The notes under the pieces: generated by a model
Seen by the model: the letters and a program-made list of their open reading frames with translations, nothing else
Database searches by the model: none
Told to the model about the DNA's origin: nothing
Made by a program: the position numbers and the translations under genes
In this document: piece by piece, positions 18,535-26,353 of the stretch
Layout: each line of letters starts with the position of its first letter
How positions within the stretch are numbered: the first letter of the stretch is position 1
Source of the DNA: Kineococcus radiotolerans SRS30216 = ATCC BAA-149
Lineage (GTDB): Bacteria; Actinomycetota; Actinomycetes; Actinomycetales; Kineococcaceae
NCBI RefSeq assembly: GCF_000017305.1
Contig: NC_009664.2
Coordinates: 3,390,001-3,422,000 of the forward strand
DNA length: 32,000 nucleotides
Direction of reading: 5' to 3'

Positions 18535-20412
18535 CTAGACGCTCAGGTCGCCACCGGTGGGCGGGTCGAGGCGGTAGCGCAGCAGGGCCAGGTGGTCGCG
18601 GACCTCGGCGGGCAGCTTCGCCCCGAACGGGGCGAAGAACCGCTCGAGCTGGTCGGCCTCGGCCAGCCACGCGGCGGCGTCGACGGAGAGGAGCTCGGCG
18701 AGGTCGGCGGGGGAGACGTCGAGGCCGTCGACGTCCAGCGCCCCGGGGGCGGGGACGAGGCCGGCGGGGGTGTGCCGGGCGGCCGCGGTGCCCTCCAGGC
18801 GACCGCAGATCCACTCCAGGACCCGCGCGTTCTCCCCGAAACCCGGCCACAGGAACCGGCCGTCCTCGCCGCGGCGGAACCAGTTCACCGAGAACACCGC
18901 CGGCAGGTGCTCCACGCGGTCGCGCATCGAGAGCCAGTGCGAGAGGTGGTCGCCCACGTGGTAGCCGGTGAAGGGGAGCATGGCGAACGGGTCGTGGCGC
19001 AGCTCCCCGACGGCCCCCTCCGCGGCGGCGGTGCGCTCGCTGGAGATCGAGGCCCCCGCGAACACGCCCTGGCTCCAGTCCCCGGCCTGCGCCACCAGCG
19101 GCGCGGTGGTGCGGCGGCGGCCGCCGAAGAGGATCGCGTCGACCGGGACGCCCTCGGGGTCGTCGAACTCCGCCGCCAGCGAGGGGCACCGCGCCGCGGC
19201 GACGGTGAACCGCGCGTTGGGGTGCGCCGCCGGGGTCGGGCTGTCCGGCGTCCAGGGGTTCCCCCGCCAGTCGGTGAGGTGCGCGGGCGCCTCCTCGGTC
19301 ATGCCCTCCCACCACACGTCGCCGTCGTCGGTGAGGGCGACGTTGGTGAAGATCACGTCCTCGCGCAGCATCTCCATCGCGGTGGGGTTGGTGGACCAGC
19401 CCGTGCCCGGGGCGACCCCGAAGAACCCGGCCTCGGGGTTGATCGCCCGCAGGCGCCCGTCGGGGCCGGGGCGCATCCAGGCGATGTCGTCGCCGATCGT
19501 CTCCACCCGCCAGCCGGGGAGCGCGGGGCGCATCATGGCGAGGTTCGTCTTGCCGCAGGCCGAGGGGAACGCCGCGGCCAGGTGGAACACCCGCTGCTGC
19601 GGGGAGGTGACCTTGACCAGCAGCATGTGCTCGGCCAGCCAGCCCTCCTCGCGGGCCACCGCGGAGGCGATGCGCAGGGCGAGGCACTTCTTGCCCAGCA
19701 GGGCGTTGCCGCCGTAGCCGGACCCGAAGGACCAGATCTCGCGGGTCTCGGGGAAGTGGGCGACGTGCTTGAGGTCGTTGCAGGGCCAGGCCACGTCGGG
19801 GCGGGTGCGGCCGAGGTCGTCGACCAGGGGCATCCCGACGCTGTGGACCCCCGGGACCCAGGCGGTGCCCTCGGTGATCGCGGCCAGCGCCTCGTTGCCC
19901 ATCCGCGTCATGGTCCGCATGCTCACCACGGCGTAGGGGGAGTCGGTGACCTGCACCCCGAGCAGCGAGAGCGGGCCGCCGACGGGACCCATGGAGAAGG
20001 GGACGACGTACATCGTCCGCCCGCGCATCGACCCGGTGAACACCCCGTCCAGCTCCTCGCGCAGGGCGTCGGGTTCGCGCCAGTTGTTCGTCGGGCCGGC
20101 GTCCTCGCGGCGGCGGGAGGCGATGAACGTGCGGTGCTCGACGCGGGCGACGTCGCCGGGGGCGGAGCGGGCGAGGAAGCTGCCCGGGCGCTTGCTGGGG
20201 TTCAGCGGGATCAGCGTCCCGGTGGCGACCATCCGTGCGGTGAGGCGGTCGAACTCCTCCTGCGAGCCGTCGCACCACACGACCCGGTCGGGCTGGGTGA
20301 GGCGGGCGGTCCGGCGCACCCAGTCCAGCAGCGCGGGGTTCGCCGTCGGCGTCCCGGACAGCTCCGGGGTGTCCTGGGCGTCCTGGGTCTCGTGCGTCAC
20401 GTCGGTCGTCAC
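18535..20412 (-). CDS. pckG: Phosphoenolpyruvate carboxykinase (GTP)
   Basis: 625 aa from GTG 20412, with GAGGAGG about 9 nt upstream. FPSACGKTN kinase-1a P-loop, [21 protein letters not shown]. The track ORF 18535..21060 over-extends upstream. Confidence 0.95.
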   Translation of the reverse strand: MTTDVTHETQDAQDTPELSGTPTANPALLDWVRRTARLTQPDRVVWCDGSQEEFDRLTARMVATGTLIPLNPSKRPGSFLARSAPGDVARVEHRTFIASRRREDAGPTNNWREPDALREELDGVFTGSMRGRTMYVVPFSMGPVGGPLSLLGVQVTDSPYAVVSMRTMTRMGNEALAAITEGTAWVPGVHSVGMPLVDDLGRTRPDVAWPCNDLKHVAHFPETREIWSFGSGYGGNALLGKKCLALRIASAVAREEGWLAEHMLLVKVTSPQQRVFHLAAAFPSACGKTNLAMMRPALPGWRVETIGDDIAWMRPGPDGRLRAINPEAGFFGVAPGTGWSTNPTAMEMLREDVIFTNVALTDDGDVWWEGMTEEAPAHLTDWRGNPWTPDSPTPAAHPNARFTVAAARCPSLAAEFDDPEGVPVDAILFGGRRRTTAPLVAQAGDWSQGVFAGASISSERTAAAEGAVGELRHDPFAMLPFTGYHVGDHLSHWLSMRDRVEHLPAVFSVNWFRRGEDGRFLWPGFGENARVLEWICGRLEGTAAARHTPAGLVPAPGALDVDGLDVSPADLAELLSVDAAAWLAEADQLERFFAPFGAKLPAEVRDHLALLRYRLDPPTGGDLSV

Positions 20413-20533
20413 GGCAGCGTGCCTCCTCGTGCGGTGGGGTCCGGCCGCGTCCGGGCCGTGCTTCGACCCTGGCGCTGCGGGAGGGGCCGGACAACCGGCT
20501 GGGACCGTGAAGATCGGGCGTTCTTCCCCTACC

Positions 20534-22075
20534 GTGAAGGACGTGCCTCGATTGCGCGTCGCCGCGCTCGAACCGCTGACCGACCCGGCGCTCGCCCCGG
20601 AACCGGACACCGGCCTGGACGCCCTCACCGTGGGGCGCCGGATCCGGTACCACCGCGGGGTCCGGGGGTGGACGCTGGCCCAGCTCGGCGAGGCCGTGGG
20701 CACCGCGCAGAGCCAGCTCTCGCAGGTGGAGAACGGCAAGCGGGAGCCGCGGCTGTCCCTCGTCGCCGCCGTGGCCCGGGCGCTGGAGGTGACCCCGGCG
20801 GACCTGCTCGACCCCGCGCCCCCGCCCAGCCGGCGCGCCGCGCTGGAGATCGAGCTCGACCGCGCGCAGCGGTCCCCGCTGGCCCGGGCGCTGGGGCTGA
20901 CCGAGGTGCGCGCCGGTCGCGCGCTGCCCACCGACGCCCTGGAGGCCCTCGTCCGGCTGCACCGCGAGCTCGCCCGCCGCCACGACGCGGCGAACGCGAC
21001 GCCGGAGGAGGCCCGGCGGGCCAACACCGAGATCCGGCTGCTCATGCGCGGCTCGGACAACCACCTGCCCGAGATCGAGGAGCTGGCCGAGGACCTCGTC
21101 CGCGCCGCGGGCTACACCGTCGGGGCGCTGACGCACCGGCAGGTCGCGCGGATGGCCGCCGACCTGGGGTTCAGCATCATCCACGTCGAGGACCTGCCGC
21201 ACTCCACGCGGACCGTGACCGACCTGGCCCACGGCCGGATCTACCTGCCGCCCGCCTCCATCCCCGGCGGGCACGGCCTGCGGTCGCTGGCGCTGCAGGC
21301 CGTCGGGCACCGGGTGCTGGGGCACGAGCGCCCGGCCAGCTACACCCAGTTCCTCCGCCAGCGGCTGGAGATCAACTACTTCGCGGCGAGCTGCCTGCTG
21401 CCCCGCAGCGCGGCCGTGGAGTTCCTCTCCGCGGCCAAGGCGGACAAGGACCTCGCCGTGGAGGACTTCCGCGACGCGTTCGGCGTCACCCACGAGGCCG
21501 CCGCGCACCGGCTGACGAACCTGCTGACCTCGCACCTGGGGATCCCGGTGCACTTCCTGCGCGTCGGTGACGACGGGGCGCTGTACCGCGGGTACGAGAA
21601 CGACGGCGTCCCGTTCCCCCAGGACGCCTCCGGCGCCATCGAGGGGCAGCCGGTGTGCCGGCGCTGGACGGCCCGGACGGTGTTCGAGGTCCGCAACCGC
21701 ACCACCGAGAACTACCAGTACACCGACACCCCGGCGGGGACGTTCTGGTGCTCCAGCCAGACCGGGGTCGGCGACGACGGCGGGTTCTCGATCACGGTGG
21801 GGGTGCCCTACGCGCACGCGAAGTGGTTCCGCGGGCGCGACACCCGGGTCCGCGCCCGCAGCACCTGCCCCGAGGGCGACTGCTGCCGCCGCCCGCCCGC
21901 GGACCTCGTGCGGCGGTGGGCGGACGCGGCCTGGCCCAGCGCCCGGCTGCACGCGCAGACGCTGGCCCCGTTGCCGTCGGGGCGGTTCCCCGGGGTCGAC
22001 GACCGGGAGGTCTACACCTTCCTCGCCTCCCACGCCCCCGTCGAGGGGGACGCGGGCGCGGGGGATCAGGCGTAG
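20534..22075 (+). CDS. XRE-family HTH regulator of the RamB/PrpR (short-chain fatty acyl-CoA regulator; DUF955 + DUF2083) type
   Basis: HTH: [27 protein letters not shown]. Central region with [11 protein letters not shown] and [16 protein letters not shown]. Cys-containing C-terminus. The start is uncertain: in-frame GTG at 20507, 20534 and 20543, and TTG at 20552. Confidence 0.8.
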   Translation: MKDVPRLRVAALEPLTDPALAPEPDTGLDALTVGRRIRYHRGVRGWTLAQLGEAVGTAQSQLSQVENGKREPRLSLVAAVARALEVTPADLLDPAPPPSRRAALEIELDRAQRSPLARALGLTEVRAGRALPTDALEALVRLHRELARRHDAANATPEEARRANTEIRLLMRGSDNHLPEIEELAEDLVRAAGYTVGALTHRQVARMAADLGFSIIHVEDLPHSTRTVTDLAHGRIYLPPASIPGGHGLRSLALQAVGHRVLGHERPASYTQFLRQRLEINYFAASCLLPRSAAVEFLSAAKADKDLAVEDFRDAFGVTHEAAAHRLTNLLTSHLGIPVHFLRVGDDGALYRGYENDGVPFPQDASGAIEGQPVCRRWTARTVFEVRNRTTENYQYTDTPAGTFWCSSQTGVGDDGGFSITVGVPYAHAKWFRGRDTRVRARSTCPEGDCCRRPPADLVRRWADAAWPSARLHAQTLAPLPSGRFPGVDDREVYTFLASHAPVEGDAGAGDQA

Positions 22076-22677
22076 CGGACGACGTCCTCCGGGGCCAGGC
22101 GGGGCAGGCGGGGGCGGAACGCGTCCGGGCCCGGGTAGCCGATGTTGACGACGAGGTGGGAGCGCCAGGTGGTGCCGGCGAAGAACTCCGCGTCGACGGC
22201 GTCGCGGTCGAAACCGGCCATCGGGCCGGCGGCCAGGCCCAGGGCGCGGACGGCGAGGATGAAGTACCCCGCCTGGAGGGCGGCGCTGTAGGAGCCCATG
22301 CCCGACCGCATCGCGGTGTCCTCCTCGAGCACCGGCTGCAGGCCGGCCAGGAAGGGCGCCACGGTGGGGATGGCGTCGTGGAAGCGCTCGTCGAGGGCGA
22401 GGACGGCGGTCACCGGGGCGCTCGCGGCGCGGTCGCGGTTGGTGTCGTTCAGCAGCGGCACCAGGCGGGCCTTGGCCTCGGGGGTGCGGACGTAGAGGAC
22501 GCGGGCCGGCTGCAGGTTGGCGGCGGTGGGGGCCCAGCGGGCCAGTTCCCAGACCTGGGCCAGCTGCTCGTCGGTGACGGGGGTGCTCGCGAAGCTGTTC
22601 GCGGTGCGGGCGTCGCCGAAGAGGGCGGCGCGGGCCGTCTCGTCGAGTCCGGCGGGGCGTTCGTCGAGCGTGGTCAC
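22066..22677 (-). CDS. Nitroreductase-family protein (RutE-like malonic semialdehyde reductase family)
   Basis: 203 aa. LFGDARTANSFASTPVTDEQL...WAPTAANLQPARVLYV. GAGGAG lies about 8 nt upstream of GTG 22677. The 3' end overlaps the regulator gene by 10 bp. Confidence 0.88.
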   Translation of the reverse strand: MTTLDERPAGLDETARAALFGDARTANSFASTPVTDEQLAQVWELARWAPTAANLQPARVLYVRTPEAKARLVPLLNDTNRDRAASAPVTAVLALDERFHDAIPTVAPFLAGLQPVLEEDTAMRSGMGSYSAALQAGYFILAVRALGLAAGPMAGFDRDAVDAEFFAGTTWRSHLVVNIGYPGPDAFRPRLPRLAPEDVVRYA

Positions 22678-22709
22678 AGCTGTTCTCCTCGGAGTCGCTC
22701 TGTCTGCGG

Positions 22710-22736
22710 GTGCTACTTCGAAAAAAAGAGTAGCAC
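22710..22736. promoter_or_regulatory. Perfect inverted repeat GTGCTACT-N11-AGTAGCAC; probable HxlR operator
   Basis: 8-bp arms at 22710-22717 and 22729-22736 flank TCGAAAAAAAG, an A7 tract that is very unusual in this GC-rich DNA. It is centred in the 92-bp divergent nitroreductase/hxlR region. Confidence 0.5.
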
Positions 22737-22757
22737 TGGTGTCAAGAGCGCCGGGGG

Positions 22758-22763
22758 TAGACT
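22758..22763 (+). promoter_or_regulatory. -10-like hexamer TAGACT, 6 nt upstream of hxlR GTG 22770
   Basis: TANNNT match, 6-nt spacer CCGGGA, then the start codon. Confidence 0.4.
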
Positions 22764-22769
22764 CCGGGA

Positions 22770-23135
22770 GTGGTCGAGCAGGGGCAGCAGACGGTCGAGC
22801 ACTCCCCGCGGGCGTGCGACGGGGCCCTGGCCCGCGCCTTCGGGTTCCTGGGCAAGCGCTGGAACGGGATCCTGCTCGCGACCCTCGCCCACGGGCCCGC
22901 CGGGTTCTCCGACCTGCGGCGCAACGTCGCGGGCATCAGCGACTCGGTGCTCTCCGACCGCCTCACCGAGCTGACCCGGGCCGGCCTCGTCAGCCGCACC
23001 GTCCACGACGGCCCACCGGTGGCGGTGGTCTACGAGCTCACCGCCTCCGGGCACGCCCTCGCCCCGGCCCTGCAGGAGCTGACCACCTGGGCGCGGGAGA
23101 ACCTCACCGAGGAACGCTGCCGCGCGGAGCGCTGA
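22770..23135 (+). CDS. HxlR-family winged-helix transcriptional regulator
   Basis: 121 aa. RACDGALARAFGFLGKRWNGILLATLAHGPAGFSDLRRNVAGISDSVLSDRLTELTRAGLV is the canonical HxlR pattern. It is divergent from a nitroreductase, a classic pairing. Confidence 0.88.
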   Translation: MVEQGQQTVEHSPRACDGALARAFGFLGKRWNGILLATLAHGPAGFSDLRRNVAGISDSVLSDRLTELTRAGLVSRTVHDGPPVAVVYELTASGHALAPALQELTTWARENLTEERCRAER

Positions 23136-23144
23136 CGCCCCGCC

Positions 23145-23594
23145 TCAGTCCTCGAAGGTGTTGAGCATGCTGTGCGCGGCGCGGTCCAGGTAGTCCCACA
23201 GGACCCCCTCCTGGGCGGGCGCCAGACCCAGCGACACCACGGCGGCGCGCATGTGCGTCAGCCACCGGTCGCGGGCGTCGGGGTTGACCTTGAACGACGC
23301 GTGCCGCATCCGCAGCCGCGGGTGGCCGCGCTGCTCGGAGTACGTCGCCGGCCCACCCCAGTACTGCTCCAGGAACATGAGCATCCGCTGCCTCGCGGGG
23401 CCGAGATCGGCCTCGGGGTACATCGGCCGCAGCACCTCGTCCGCGGCGACGCCCTCGTAGAACGCGTCGACCAGCCGCACGAACGTCTCGTGCCCGCCGA
23501 CCTCGTCGAAGAAGCTGCGGGTGCCGCCGTCGGGACCCGCGGGCTTCCGGCCGACGAGGTTCTGCGGGCGGACGAACGGCAGGTCGGGGCTCAC
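23145..23594 (-). CDS. glbO: Group II truncated haemoglobin (trHbO)
   Basis: FFDEVGG...FYEGVAADEVLRPMYPE...FLEQYWGGPATYSEQRGHPRLRMRHASF matches mycobacterial GlbO nearly residue for residue, from memory. The only usable start is GTG 23594, which overlaps the upstream stop (GTGA at 23591-23594). Confidence 0.93.
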   Translation of the reverse strand: MSPDLPFVRPQNLVGRKPAGPDGGTRSFFDEVGGHETFVRLVDAFYEGVAADEVLRPMYPEADLGPARQRMLMFLEQYWGGPATYSEQRGHPRLRMRHASFKVNPDARDRWLTHMRAAVVSLGLAPAQEGVLWDYLDRAAHSMLNTFED

Positions 23595-25132
23595 GGCACC
23601 AGTGTCGCCGGTTCCGGCACCCGCGCCGACCCCGGCCCCTCCTCGCGGGCCGCGGCCTCCGCGGCGTCCTTGACGTTGCGCTGCATGCCGCCGAAGACCA
23701 CGCCGTGGAAGGGGCTGATCGCCGCCCAGTAGGCCTGCCCGGCCAGTCCCCGGGGGTGGAACAGCGCCCGCTGGTGGAACAGCGTGCGCCCCACCGCGTC
23801 CGACTCCACCCGCAGGTCCAGCCACGCCAGCCCCGGCAGCCGCATCTCCGCGCGCAGCCGCAGCAGCCGGTCCTCCTCGCGCTCCTCCACCCGCCACCAG
23901 TCCACCGCGTCGCCGACCATGAGGTGCGCGGGGTCGCGCCGGCCCCGGCGCAGGCCCGGCCCGCCGGAGAAGCGGTCCATCACCCCGCGGACCGCCCACG
24001 CCATCGGCCAGGAGTACCAGCCGCGCTCCCCGCCGATGCCCTCCAGCACCCGCCACAGCACGTGCGGGGGAGCGTCGACCACCGTCGTCCGGTCGTCGAC
24101 GTAGAGGTTGCCCCCGGCCCAGCCCGGGTCCGAGGGCAGCGGGTCGCTGGGGGCGCCGGGCACCGAGGCCGAGCTCCAGCGGGTGACCACGTCCGCCTCC
24201 CGGATGCGCTGCAGGGCCAGCTGGACCGCGCGCCGGAACGGGGTGAGCCCCCCGGGGGGGTCGGGGACGTAGCGGGCGATGTCGTGCTCCTTGCAGACCA
24301 CCTCGTGCACGAGGCTCTCCACCAGCGGGCGCGCGATCGACCCGGGCACCGGGGTGATCGTGCCCACCCAGTGGCTGGACAGCTTCGGGGACATCACCTT
24401 CACCGGCAGCACGTACCGCTTGGGCAGCCCCGCCACCGCCGCGTAGCCGCGCATCATGTCCAGGTACGTCATGACGTCGGGACCGCCCACGTCGAAGGTG
24501 CGGTTCACGTCCGCGGGCATCGACGCCGACCCCACCAGGTAGCGCAGCACGTCGCGCACCGCGATCGGCTGGATCCGGTTGTTCACCCAGGCCGGGCACA
24601 CCATCACCGGCAGCCGCTCGGTGAGGTAGCGCATCATCTCGAAGCTCGCCGACCCCGACCCGAGGATGACCGCCGCCTGCAGCACCGTCGCCGGGACGGG
24701 GGAGTCCAGCAGGATCTCCCCGACCTCCCGGCGCGACTCCAGGTGCGTCGACAGCTCCTCGTCCTCGGGGTGCATCCCCCCCAGGTACACGATCCGGGAG
24801 ACCCCCCGCTCGGCGGCGGCCCGGGCGAAGGTCCGCGCCGTGCGCCGGTCGGCGGAGGCGAAGTGCCCCCCCGCGCTCATCGCGTGGATCAGGTAGTAGG
24901 CCACGTCCACGCCCTCCAGCGCCGCGCCCACCTGCTCGCGGTCGGAGGCGTCGGCCCGCACGACCTCGACGTCGTCGATCCACGGCCGGTCGCGCAGCAC
25001 CTCGGGCCGGCGCGCCATCGCACGCACCCGGAACCCGGCCGCGAGCAGCTCGGGCACCAGCCGTCCGCCGATGTACCCGCTCACCCCGGTCACCAGCGCG
25101 AGCCGGCCCTCACCCGCCACGACGTCGTCCAC
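23591..25132 (-). CDS. YbjT-like NAD(P)-binding atypical SDR fused to a DUF2867 domain
   Basis: 513 aa. Rossmann motif LVTGVSGYIGGRLVPELL, then a NmrA/atypical-SDR body. The C-terminal ~170 aa (WYSWPMAWAVRG...LRLRAEMRLPGLAWLDL...) resemble DUF2867. An alternative GTG start lies at 25120. Confidence 0.86.
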   Translation of the reverse strand: MDDVVAGEGRLALVTGVSGYIGGRLVPELLAAGFRVRAMARRPEVLRDRPWIDDVEVVRADASDREQVGAALEGVDVAYYLIHAMSAGGHFASADRRTARTFARAAAERGVSRIVYLGGMHPEDEELSTHLESRREVGEILLDSPVPATVLQAAVILGSGSASFEMMRYLTERLPVMVCPAWVNNRIQPIAVRDVLRYLVGSASMPADVNRTFDVGGPDVMTYLDMMRGYAAVAGLPKRYVLPVKVMSPKLSSHWVGTITPVPGSIARPLVESLVHEVVCKEHDIARYVPDPPGGLTPFRRAVQLALQRIREADVVTRWSSASVPGAPSDPLPSDPGWAGGNLYVDDRTTVVDAPPHVLWRVLEGIGGERGWYSWPMAWAVRGVMDRFSGGPGLRRGRRDPAHLMVGDAVDWWRVEEREEDRLLRLRAEMRLPGLAWLDLRVESDAVGRTLFHQRALFHPRGLAGQAYWAAISPFHGVVFGGMQRNVKDAAEAAAREEGPGSARVPEPATLVP

Positions 25133-25160
25133 GCGCCCAGTGTCGGATCGGGCGGGCCCG

Positions 25161-25200
25161 CGCGCGACCCGGGTCCCCCGCGGGGGACCCGGGTCGCGCG
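25161..25200. repeat. Perfect 40-bp palindrome (20-bp arms, no spacer); candidate mscS terminator and/or operator of the SDR-glbO operon
   Basis: CGCGCGACCCGGGTCCCCCG|CGGGGGACCCGGGTCGCGCG. Every position is complementary. It contains two copies of the self-complementary decamer GACCCGGGTC. It ends 2 nt from the mscS stop codon. Confidence 0.9.
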
Positions 25201-25202
25201 GC

Positions 25203-26273
25203 TCACGGGTTCCGCGTCCTGGCCCCCGGGTCCAGGGCCGCGGCGTTCTCGGCGGCCACGTCGGCCTCGCTGGGCGCCGGCGGGCGCGGGGCCAGCGCCG
25301 TGGCCGGGTCCACCGGTCGCCGGTCCTGCGGCGCGCGGTCGTCGTGGCGCAGGAACACCGTGCGCTGCTGCAGCGGGAACTCGATGCCCTCGGCGTCGAA
25401 GACGGCCTTGATGCGGCGCAGCAGCTCGCGCTGCACGGCCCACTGCTGCAGCGGCGCGGTCTTGACCACCAGCCGCAGCACGATGCCGTCGGTGGTCATC
25501 CGCTCCACGCCCCACACCTCCGGGGCGTCCAGGACCAGCGGCTGCCAGTCCTCCTCGGCCGCGAGCTGGTCGGCGATCCGCTGCAGGACCTCCTGGGCGC
25601 GGGCGAGGTCCTCGCCGTAGGCGACGGACACGTCGACCACGGCCCGGGCCCAGCCCTGGCTCTGGTTGCCCACGCGCAGGATCTCGCCGTTGCGGACGTA
25701 CCAGACGGTCCCCTTGACGTCGCGCAGCCGCGTCACCCGCAGGCCGACCGCCTCGACGGTGCCGGAGGCGTCGCCGAGGTCCACGGAGTCGCCCACGCCG
25801 TACTGGTCCTCGGCGAGCATGAAGATGCCGGACAGGAAGTCCTTCACCAGCGCCTGCGCCCCGAAGCCGAGGGCCACGCCCGCGATCCCGGCCGAGGCCA
25901 GGAAGGGGGCGATGGCGATCCCCACGGTGTCGAGCACCACGAGGACCGCCATGATCCCCAGCACGAACGTCACCGTGGACTTCAGCACCGAGGCCAGCGT
26001 CTCGGCCCGCTGCTGGCGGCGCTCGTTGAGCAGCGGGGAGGAGTCCAGCAGGCCGTTGCGCCGCCCGCCCCCCAGCTTCCCGGCGCCGGTGGCGATCCCC
26101 GTGGCCACCCGGCCGATGACGCGCATCAGCAGGAACCGGGCGATCCAGCACAGCAGCAGGACGACGACGATCTTCAGCGGCTTGTCGAGCAGGAACGCGG
26201 CGACGGTGTGCGCGCCCGCGGTGGCCTCGTCGGCGGTGACCCCGGTGAGGGCGTCGGTGATGGGGTCCAGCAC
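25203..26273 (-). CDS. Mechanosensitive ion channel, MscS family
   Basis: 356 aa from GTG 26273 (AAGGAG upstream). Pore-helix/beta-domain signature GIAGVALGFGAQALVKDFLSGIFMLAEDQYGVGD...GTVEAVGLRVTRLRD. Pro/Ala-rich C-terminal tail. Confidence 0.88.
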   Translation of the reverse strand: MLDPITDALTGVTADEATAGAHTVAAFLLDKPLKIVVVLLLCWIARFLLMRVIGRVATGIATGAGKLGGGRRNGLLDSSPLLNERRQQRAETLASVLKSTVTFVLGIMAVLVVLDTVGIAIAPFLASAGIAGVALGFGAQALVKDFLSGIFMLAEDQYGVGDSVDLGDASGTVEAVGLRVTRLRDVKGTVWYVRNGEILRVGNQSQGWARAVVDVSVAYGEDLARAQEVLQRIADQLAAEEDWQPLVLDAPEVWGVERMTTDGIVLRLVVKTAPLQQWAVQRELLRRIKAVFDAEGIEFPLQQRTVFLRHDDRAPQDRRPVDPATALAPRPPAPSEADVAAENAAALDPGARTRNP

Positions 26274-26353
26274 GGGGGAGCGGGCTCCTTCGGTGTCGGG
26301 CGGGACCGCGGACCGGCCGGGGTCGGCCGGCCCCGGCCACGGGTCGGGTGGGC

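Noticed and set aside
16931-22033. 1700-aa (minus) and 1532-aa (plus, 16972..21570) giant ORFs spanning aglA, pckG and the regulator
   Set aside because: They run across three independently well-supported genes in wrong frames or strands. Their Arg/Gly/Pro-dominated composition is typical of stop-codon-poor GC-rich DNA.
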